From the human T2T-CHM13v2.0 reference genome, Homo sapiens, in the NCBI RefSeq assembly GCF_009914755.1, contig NC_060930.1: a DNA stretch of 64,000 nt. One strand, written 5' to 3'. The translations under genes and the position numbers were made by a program. This document shows positions 54,510 to 64,000 of this stretch, piece by piece (within the stretch, counting starts at the first letter, position 1; every line of letters begins with the position of its first letter). The notes under the pieces were generated by a model, which saw nothing but the letters and a program-made list of their open reading frames with translations, had not been told where the DNA came from and did not search any database.

Positions 54510-55385
54510 CAGTAGTGGGTACGACTGTGTCCTCCAAAAAGATGCCAAGTCCTAACCTTTGGTACCTATGAATGTGACCTTATTTGGAAATAGGCTCTTT
54601 GCAGATGTAATCCAGTTAAGATGAGGTCATACTGGATTGGAGTGGACTCTAAATGCAGTAACTGGTGTTCTTACAACAAGAGGGAAATTTAGCCACAGAG
54701 ACACATAGGGAAAATGCTATGTGATGATGGGAGCAGAGATTGGGGTGAGGTGTCTTCAAGCCAAGGTTCAGCAAGTATTGCAGCAGTCCAGAAGCCAGGA
54801 ACAGAGGCATAGTCCCCTCAGAGCCGACAGAAGGGACTGACTTTGCCACATCTTAATCTCAGACTTCTGTCCTCCAGAACTGTGAGACAACTGTGAAAGT
54901 TATTAGAATCGAAATACAGTCACTGTCAAACCCTAAGAAAATGGAGCCAGGGGGCCATGAAGAAGGGGCCCTCATCCATACATGTCTATGATGGGAACTA
55001 TGCAAGGAATTCCTCAGAATCGCAGCATTCCAGATAAGCCACTTGCCCCAGGACACTTGCCTGACAATGGGTGTCTTCACCAAAGAGCTTATGCCAATTC
55101 CTATGAGACCCTGTAACCCATGGTCTTTGTTTCAAAACTGCTTACACGATTTCTCCTTTTTGTCTTTAAAAGCTTCCTCCTGGCCCCAACCCCCTTGGAC
55201 CTACTATGGGCCTATGACCCGTTATAGCACACATATCCCAGATTGCAATCCCCTGCTATTCCCAAATAAACCTTTGTTTTGGAGAGTTGGTCTCCCTGCT
55301 GCTCATTTTAGTTGGCACAATACATTTCTGTTGCTTTAAGACACCAAGACTGTGTGCTCCTACAGCAGTCTTAGAAAACGAAAAC
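54510..55385 (+). mobile_element. MLT1B/C-like MaLR LTR interrupted by an ERV1 LTR
   Basis: gaatgtgaccttatttggaaatagg...gttaagatgaggtcatactgga...cagaactgtgagacaa // tacatttctgttgctttaag. Confidence 0.88.
54892..55317 (+). mobile_element. ERV1-class solo LTR (LTR48-like)
   Basis: TG...CA termini, AATAAA at 55265, 4-bp TSD caac/caat; subfamily name from memory. Confidence 0.75.
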
Positions 55386-55404
55386 CTCCCTCCCAGGGCA
55401 GAAT

Positions 55405-55406
<2 letters not shown>

Positions 55407-55455
<49 letters not shown>
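55407..55455. repeat. (CA)n microsatellite
   Basis: About 24 units. Confidence 0.97.
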
Positions 55456-55458
<3 letters not shown>

Positions 55459-55829
55459 GACAATGACTTAGACTAACACTCTGACCAGGCCACACAGGCT
55501 TGTGCTGAGCAGGTGCCCCCTGGCTCCTATGCAAGGTACTCCCGCTCAGAGTTACCCCAGCCTAGCCGGGCACGCACTTCTCACACATCACCTGACAGCC
55601 TTCCCTCCTCTGGGCCCACCAGGAACTCTCAGTGGAAGCTTCCTGAGGACAGAAACTCTCCAAACTCCATCTTCTGGAGCTTCCTCCCTGGACCCTCCTG
55701 TTCACTCCCAAGCCCACAGTCTCCTGGTCTGCCTCCCTCTCTCCTCCCTTCCTGTCTCCCTTCCTTCCTTCCTCCCTTCTTTCCTCCCCTCCTTCCTTCC
55801 ATCTCCCTCTGCCCCTTTTTCTTTCCCCT

Positions 55830-56010
55830 TGGGTAAACACAGCCCTGCGGCGAGGCCCTGCCATGTTCCCCGAGAGCTGCACATTGCCACCTGTTGCTAT
55901 GGAGAAGCCTCTTTATCGCAAACACTGGGTAAACAGCTGCTGCTGGGAGCCCCTTTCTGCTGGGCAGGGGTTTATTTGGAGAAAGTCAATAAGGAAAAAT
56001 AAACATTCCC
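55830..56010 (+). promoter_or_regulatory. Homotypic forkhead-site cluster
   Basis: GTAAACA 55833 and 55929, GCAAACA 55918, ATAAACA 55999. Confidence 0.5.
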
Positions 56011-56736
56011 GGCCCTATGTATATACAGCCTTGGGACCTGCAGTGCTCTGCAGCATCTCAGGCCTGCCAGCTCCCCAGAGGGTCAGGCAGGCTGAGCCCC
56101 ACCCCTCCCTCTGATCCCAGCATCTTCCAGTTAAAGCAGGAGTGTGGGGGGTAAGGCAGCCACCTCACTCTGGACTCAGCCAGGTCACCCTGCAGGCTGC
56201 ACCTACCTTGCCCTAGGCTGGGCCCAGGTCAAAGTTTCAAGGCTCAGACTTCCATATTCCCCTTCTATGAAAGGGTGTGCTGAAACAGCTGCCCACCCAC
56301 CTGCCCAGCCCAGCAGCCCCGCCCGCTGTCTTCTAGGGAAGTCCACTCTGTCTGTGCTCCCACAAGCGCTGGGGGTCCTGGGGAGAACCATGGCCAATTT
56401 GGATTGATTAAAATTCTCTCTTCTTTAGCAGCTGAGTTTCAGTTGAATTAAACGTGTTAAGTGTTTAGTAATACAGCAATCCACTCAGTCAGCACAATTA
56501 TTTAACAACTGTGACTATGTTGAGGAATCATGCTAGGCTATGCTGGCTCCTGTCCTCGTGGTGCTTACAGTCTAGTGGGGAAGAAAGCCAGCCGTAAAGA
56601 TGCAGTTAATTTAGTATTTACAGGCGTGGGAAGTGCAGCGCAGGAGTACAGGATGCTCTGAGAGTTTATAAGAGCACTTTACATCTCGCTAATATCTATT
56701 ACATGCATTAGCTCAGTTAATCCTCAGAGCAATCCT

Positions 56737-56905
56737 GGGCCGGGCATGGTGGCGTGTGACTGTAATCCCAGCTACTCCAGAGGCTGAGGCAGGAGAATCG
56801 CTTGAACCCGGGAGGCAGAGAGAGGTTGCAGTGAGCCAAGATCGTGCCATTGCACTCCAGCCTGGGTGACAGAGAGAGACTGTCAAACAAACAAACAAAA
56901 AAACA
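56737..56905 (+). mobile_element. Alu right arm/monomer inside a MIR
   Basis: ggccgggcatggtggcgtg...gcctgggtgacagagag plus A-rich tail. Confidence 0.9.
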
Positions 56906-57882
56906 GTAAAAATCAAAATTAAAAAACTTGTATTCCCATTTCACAGATGGGGACATAACTGAAAGTCAATTAGGTACTAAGTGGGAGACTCAGAATTTAA
57001 ATCCAAGATTGCCCAAGACAAAAGTCCTAGGCTCTAAACCACTGTGCAATTCTGTCAGGTCTGGAACAGAAACACCACAGTCCCTGCCCTCAAGAAGTTC
57101 ACAAGAAACACCCTAATGAAATGTTTCATGACAGGTGGGGACAAGCAATGGCAGGAGTGGCTACTGAGGGATGCTGTGGTCATTCAGAGGACCTCCGTGT
57201 GACACAGAGGGATGGGAGCCAGAGAAAGGGATTGGGTGGAGTGTTGAAGGGAAGGGTTTCCCAGGCTCGGAATGGGTGTCAGCCTGGCTGGGAGTGGGGT
57301 TCCGCTGGGGAGCAGGATGACCTGTTTTGGAGAAGGGGGAAGAGGCCTGGCACCTTGCTTCTCACTGCAGACCCCCTATGCCTCTTAGAAACCCACCTCT
57401 GTCCATGCCTGCCCTGCTTTGGACAGGGGCCTCATCCTCTCCCCTGAATGCCTACACAGCTTCCTTCCTGGTCTTTCTGCCTCCAGCTTTCCTCAGCTCT
57501 AACCCACTCTCAACAGCCCATGGAATCTTCCAGAAACACAAATATAACCATGTCACTGCTCTCCTCTGCCTTTTCCATAGAAAAATGCCACACTGGCCTT
57601 GGTCTCATCCTGTTCCTCTTTTCCACCAGCATCTTATGCACCAGGCATATGGAACTCAAGTTTCCCAAATGCATGGGGCCCTTCCATGTCACTGCACTTT
57701 GCATTTACTCTGCCCTGTATTTGGAAATCCTTCCTGAAGGGTCTCATTCATTCACAAACACTTAATGAACACCTACTGTGTGCCTGACACTGTTCTGAAC
57801 CCTGGGAACAAAACAGACAAAAATCCTTGTCCTCATGGAGTTTTATATCATGGTGAGGGATAGAGACTAAAACAAAACAAAG

Positions 57883-58193
57883 AAGTCACCCCTCATATCC
57901 ACATCTGCATCGTGGATTCAACCAAACATAGACAGAAAATGTAGTTAAGCTTCCAATGGTTGCACCTGTACTGAACATGTATAGACTTTTTTCTTGTCAT
58001 TATTCCCTAAACAATACAACAACTATTTACATAGCATTTATATTGTATTAGTTATCATAAGTAATCTAAAGATGATTTAAAGTATATGGGAGGATGTGCA
58101 CAGGTTATGTAGAAATACTATGCCATTTTATATAGGGGACCTGAGGTGCCTGGATTTTGGTATCAGCGAGGAGTCCTGCCCCATGGATGACTA
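57883..58193. mobile_element. MER2 (TcMar-Tigger) nested in an L2 fragment (about 57745-58420)
   Basis: tgtactgaacatgtatagactttt...actatttacatagcatttatattgtattag...ggattttggtatc. Confidence 0.88.
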
Positions 58194-58442
58194 TAATACA
58201 CAACAGTAGGTGCTACCGAGCGCTATGGCCGAAACTGCAGCACGGAAGGCAGGATGAATAGGGCCTTGAGGCCACTGTGATAATTCTGAGTGAAATGGGG
58301 AACCATTAGAGGATGCTAAGCAGAGAATGACATGATCTCTCTTAGGTTTTAGGATAATCCCTCTGGCTATCATGTGTGGATAAACTGAAGGGGGACAGAT
58401 GGGGGCAAGGAGACTAGCAAGCCACACCCTGCTTGTCCTTCA

Positions 58443-58761
<319 letters not shown>

Positions 58762-60509
58762 AAAAGCTCAAGAATGATCCCTTGTCTGAGTGAGGCTGCT
58801 CCGTCCTGGTCCCTGGATCACCCTTTGCTTACTTATGGACAGCCCTGGCCACACCCTACTATGACTATCTTCATCTCCTCCCTATCTGCACTGTGATCTC
58901 TGTTACCCTGGCCCACTACCTGCCCCAGAGCAAACACTCAAGCCCACTGGGAGAATGCATTAGGAATGACTGTCTATGTGACCTATAGGTCCTCTCTGCA
59001 TTCCCAAAGCGGTGTCACTTCACTGTGACCTGGAGGGGAAAACAGTACAACTAGCTCATTTGAAAAAAAGGGTAAGTGAGTTCTGGGGAGCATTGATAAA
59101 GCTCAGTTTCACTGATCTGAAACAGGTGCCTTAGAGTTCCCACTTCCCCACATCTGTCTCTAGCTCAGTGTCCACCTTCTCCAGCCCCAGCCGCCTGGGA
59201 GATTCCTGGGGGTAGCCAGGTATGAGAAGGCACCTCCTCCACTGCTTCCTGTTCTCATTTAGGGTGGTCCCTGCTGGCCTTCAGGCCTGGCATTGCCTCC
59301 CACTCTGACTCCCTCCCACAGCCTGCCCATCTCCCCTCCCAGGGCTCTGAGGAGGACAGGAGCCCTGCAGAGCAACGATCCACATATCAGGAGCAAGGGA
59401 ATTAACATTTCCAGGCTGTAATTATACCTTCTGCTGGTGACACCTAAGGAAGCATCTTTTTATAAAAGCAGGTAAATTGAAGGCTTATGGGACTGTGGAA
59501 AATGGGTGTATTTTTAGCTCCCTCCCCTCACCACCCTTGATTGCCAGAACCCTGGTAATTGCTCTGGCACCAGTGGTTGGAACCAAGGTGGAGGTCTCAG
59601 AGTGGGGTCAAGGGGTCATTGAGAAGGGGATCCAGGAGGCACTGAGAACCTTGCTAAGCCAAGTGGGAACCTAGGAAAGGGGCCTGGGGAAATGCTCTCT
59701 GATAGGGAATTACGGGGAAGAGTCGTTCGTGAGCAGGTGGAGAGTACATTTTAAAAATTATATATAGCAATAGTAATAATAGTAACAATAACAATAATAG
59801 TAATGATATCTGACCCTTACATCATACTTGTTAAGTGCTAGGCAGTGTTCTAAATGCTTTTTGTAAATTAACTCATTAATCCTCACAACAATCATGTGAA
59901 GTAGGCACAGCTATTATCCCCATTTTGCAGATGAGAAAACCAAGGCATACAAAATTTAAGTGTAATTTTGAGTTAGACATTGGAGTTACATATGTGCATC
60001 TCTACACACACACAAGTTTGCTGATTTTAATGGGTGAATGAATGAATTCCCTCACTTTGTATTCCCCAGATATTTACAAAGAGGTCTAAAGCTTAGCCAA
60101 TCAAAAAGCTCTGAACAGTTAGGAAGTCCCTCCCTTTTAAGGTGGGGTCTGATCCCACTTCCTGTTCTCCTCTTAAGATCTTGACATCCCACTGGTGCAA
60201 AGTCAACCATCTTGGTTAGTGGGCAGCTCCACCATGTTCTTAAGCACAGAACAGTGGAGCAAGAGGCTGTGATGAGATGCTTTAGGAGCTGACAGCAGGA
60301 GCCCTGGAGCTTGCAGGATCTTCTGGCCATTTAGGGAACTAGCTGGAAAAGTGGATCTGCTGATATCAGAGAAAATGTGTGGGGAGAGGAGAAGAAGGAT
60401 GAAATAGGGTCTCCCTAGATGTTGTCCAGTGGTAGCTGCTATCTAGGGACACCCCTTCTTCAAGCAAGGACATCAGCGTAGAAAAGGCTCCAGAGAGGGA
60501 GAGGCGGGG

Positions 60510-60760
60510 AGAAAATGTGATTTTTAATGCAAGCCTCAGTAATCAGCTATTTGTGATGGAATTTTATCTGTCCTGGTCTCTAAGGGACAAGAAGCGGGAG
60601 TGAGGGAAGAGGGGTCAGAAATTAGTATGCAGAAATATCTGATCAGCCAAAGTAATTTTCTTTAATAATCGTATTCATACTGCCTGCTCTCTGCTCACAA
60701 GAAGAATTAAGTATTTAATAGTAATATATTTCATCTGGCAGTGGTTCCGTTTCGTTAGGA
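60510..60760. promoter_or_regulatory. Candidate conserved enhancer
   Basis: AT-rich, repeat-free, about 10 TAAT/ATTA cores, E-box catctg. Confidence 0.55.
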
Positions 60761-62499
60761 ACTGTGATGCCTCGTTGGGGTATGTGGTGGGTGGAGGTCT
60801 GTGTGAGGGACAGGTAGGAGATGGCAAAGCAAAAAGAATAGATAAGCAAGCAGGAGGGAAATGGGCATGGGAGGGCAGAAAAGGAACTAGAGGGAAGCCA
60901 TGTGCCAGGGCGAGCCCAGCACCCCTCTGAGATGCCACTCAAGTGCTTTCATTGCCTGAGCTGGGCTGTGAACTCTGTCCTCTGGCTTTAGTTGATATGC
61001 CCCAAAGGCCCCTACTTCTGACCCAATTCCTCAAGCTTTATCCCCAACCTCCAAAGATAGGTTCTCTTTTCTAACCTCTGGTCTTCCAGCCCTGACACCC
61101 TCTCCCAAAGACTCATAGAGGAGCTGGTTGGCTAGTCCTTCTGTGGTAGCATTACACGGTGAACTGTGGACCATGCTCTAACCCCTATAGCTAAGCTGCC
61201 AGAGCTCTGTGGGCAGATTCCCGGGGCTGCTTCCATGTATTTCCCAGGCCAGAGGTGAGCACGCAGTCCCTGGCTCATACCGGAGCAGGGTGGATACAGA
61301 AAGAAGCAGCAGCTTGCACCGGCTGGAGAAGCTGACAGCTGCCTCTCTGCCCCAGGGCTGCAGAAGCAGTGTGTTTTAGCTATGGCATGACTTAATAGTT
61401 AAAAAGCAGGCCCAGCACATGCCAAGGACATAGCTGGTCACACTGGGCACTCAGGCATTCAACCTCCACTGGAGGCACTTGGAGAGGCTCTTTGCCTTCT
61501 CTGCTTCCCAGAGCTCAGGTGCCTCAATGGAAAACAGCAAGAAAGGTGCAACCACATTTGCCAATGAGATGGAGACAGAGAGAGGGCTCAGCTGCAGATA
61601 GCAGAGTTCAGTTTCTTGCCACTCTTTTAAAAGCAAACTCCACCAACTGATGTGCAGTGAGGCTGGCATTTCCAGGCGCCTGACAGGCTGGAATTAAACA
61701 CCTGTCCATTAAACTGACAGCCCCTGGAAGGAAAGTGAGGGAAAGAGAAGGTAGAGGGGGAGAGCTGGAAACCGAACAGCAGGCCGGCTCCTTCCTTGTA
61801 GGAGGCATTGTGTGTGCCCAAGAGAGAGGCCAGGATCAGAGTAAGCGGCACCTCTGGGTCCCTGCCCTCTGGTTTCTGAGGGAGCGTGTAGGCAGGCCCA
61901 CAACAAACTAATACTCAGACCTGGACATTAGGGATAGAGAAGGAGGCCGGGCCAAGGAGAAGCTGAGAGGCTTACCATCATTTGCTCAAAGCTCCAGCTC
62001 AAAGGCTAGTTGCACCCTGACAGCCTCCCTGCTCTCTCCTTCCTCACCCACATACACAACATCTTAACTGCTCTGAACCCTTCAGGCACATGCCAGGCAC
62101 TAGGCAACCCGTCCTGAACTTCCCTGAGACACCTCTTGGGCTGTTGTTTAACATTTGAATGGGTCGGTCCTGGCTCCCCAACTCCCCAGCGTAAGCTCCT
62201 AGGGAGAAGGAAGCTTGTCTTTGACTTCAAAGATGCTCCCCTACAGTCTTCAGTGCATCCTAGTGGGTGGGGCCAGTGTGGGGTGATAGGTTTACAGATG
62301 GATGGGAATCATGGGTAAATGAACAGATGGATGAGTGGATGGATGCAACACTGATCACTAGGTGCTGTATGTCACTGTGCCGAGGCTGGTTGTTAAAGTT
62401 AGTAAGTAGTCGTTGCCCCTAACCAGGGAAGGCCAACCTCCAACCATCTGGGACTTGCTGGACCTCATACCATTCAGCAAGTAAACATTAGCACCCCGC

Positions 62500-62511
62500 C
62501 CAGCAGGGGGC
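62500..62511 (+). promoter_or_regulatory. CTCF core motif
   Basis: CCAGCAGGGGGC matches CCASYAGRKGGC. Confidence 0.45.
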
Positions 62512-63853
62512 CTCAGGCCCCTGCTCCATTGCTATGACCAGCGTCCATTCTTATTGGTCAGTATACGGGATTATTATTTTAACCAACACTCCTGAGTGGG
62601 CAGATGAACAGAGGCCAGGACTGAATGTGAGATTAGATGATTTTAGGGAAGGAAGAACTGGAAGGAAGTAGGTAGGAACTTGTGACAAGCCAACTCGCTT
62701 GTCAGGTGAGTGGGTTTTTGTTTCTCACACTCAACCATGACCTTGGGCTATTTAGTAGAACTCTGAGCCTCAGTCTGCTCACCTCTCAAGTGAGAACAGT
62801 ATCTGCCTTGCCCACTTTAGAGGGTGGTCGTGCCTGGTTGGAATCTGTCCCTCGCTCCTCTAGGCATTATTCTTTGCTCTGCACGTGCCCGTTTCTCTAA
62901 TAGATAATGAGCTCTTTGCAAACAAGGATGCAGTATAAAACATCTTTATATCCCAGAGCGTGCTTGGTAAATGTTGGTTGAATGGATGAATGCAGGAGTA
63001 ATGAATGAGTGAATGAAAAAAAGAGCAGACTCTGAAAAGTATAGCAGGAGAGAGTAGGGTGCACATGGGGGAAGTTGTTGTAAGATGGATGGGAGGTGGA
63101 GAGGGGGAAGACCAGGGAGGGGCACTGCCCAGTATCAGAAGGGATCTTCTCGCACCCTTGATCAACTCCTCATGTGCCTCCTTCACTACCCTGGTGATGC
63201 CCAAGTTTTGGGAGCATGAGGCCAGCATATGTCCTCGTGGGAGAGTGGGCCCCTGAAGGCAGATCCTAGTGTGGGTAGCGCTGCTTCATCCAGCTTCCCA
63301 GGGTGCACCACTGCAGTCTCTGTGAGCTCCAGGTATGAAACTCAGGGTTGTCCAATGAAGGGAGAGGGGAAGCACCAGAAGACAAGACAGGGAACCAGAA
63401 AGGCTAGAGGAGAAGACCAAGGCTGGAGGAGCTGAGGAGCACACCGACCTTGACTTCAAACCTTGCCCTCCCTCCCCTCACTCTAGTGGTACCATCAACG
63501 CATCCCTTCTCAGATCCCCAGCCTGGCTGGCTGCCCCTTCCCAAGTCTCTCTCTGGGCTCCCCTCTTTCTCATATCCAGGGCCTATTTGGAAGGCCAGGG
63601 CTCTGTCTCCAAATCCTGCCCCACACTCTGGAATCATCCCTGGGTGATCTCAGCCTCCTCCCAGCTCAGTACACATGATTCAGCGCTTAATTATTTCCTA
63701 TGGAATAGGATTCGCCGTTTGCTCATGTGCGCATGTGCTGTACGTGAGGGTGCTCTTCCATGTACCCACCACCCACCCATGGCCACAGGAGTTACAGCTG
63801 GTCTCTCTGGCAAGGCCACTATTCTTTTTCTTCTCTCTTAGAAAGGAGGTCTT

Positions 63854-64000
63854 GGCCGGGCACAGTGGCTCATGCCTGTAATTCCAACACTTTGGGAGGC
63901 TGAGGCAGGCGGATCATGAGGTCAAGAGATCGAGACCATCCTGGCCAATGTGGTGAAACCCTGTCTCTATTAAAAATACAAAAAATTAGCTGGGCATGGT
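63854..64000 (+). mobile_element. Alu (truncated by window edge)
   Basis: ggccgggcacagtggctcatgcctgtaat... Confidence 0.95.

Overview
Primate (almost certainly human) intergenic DNA with no supportable protein-coding gene, RNA gene or CRISPR array. The listed ORFs are explained by Alu, GC-rich CpG-island or low-complexity sequence. The window holds about 23 Alu copies or fragments, many MIR and L2 relics, several MaLR LTRs, one ERV1 solo LTR, L1MC fragments and old DNA transposons (MER63, MER81, MER20, MER94, MER2, a hAT-Tip100-like element). Four orphan CpG islands lie at about 5.7-6.9, 8.0-8.8, 26.7-28.0 and 41.9-42.5 kb. About 14 short repeat-free, AT-rich, homeodomain/TALE/SOX/FOX-motif-dense islands look like conserved developmental enhancers. 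From memory only (unverified), the island spacing fits the gene-poor interval between NCR2 and FOXP4 on 6p21.1; BLAT would settle this. The most striking structure is a young, non-transposon 227-bp inverted duplication (12248-12474 / 13739-13965, 225/227 identical). Its second copy splits a MIR, and the two arms bracket an enhancer-like element, making a candidate invertible enhancer cassette. Other local duplication or template-switch scars are a perfect 40-bp tandem duplication, a fold-back insertion in an Alu monomer, an 18-bp AT-rich inverted repeat and two older direct duplications. Repeat family names come from recalled consensus sequences; boundaries are approximate unless a TSD is quoted.
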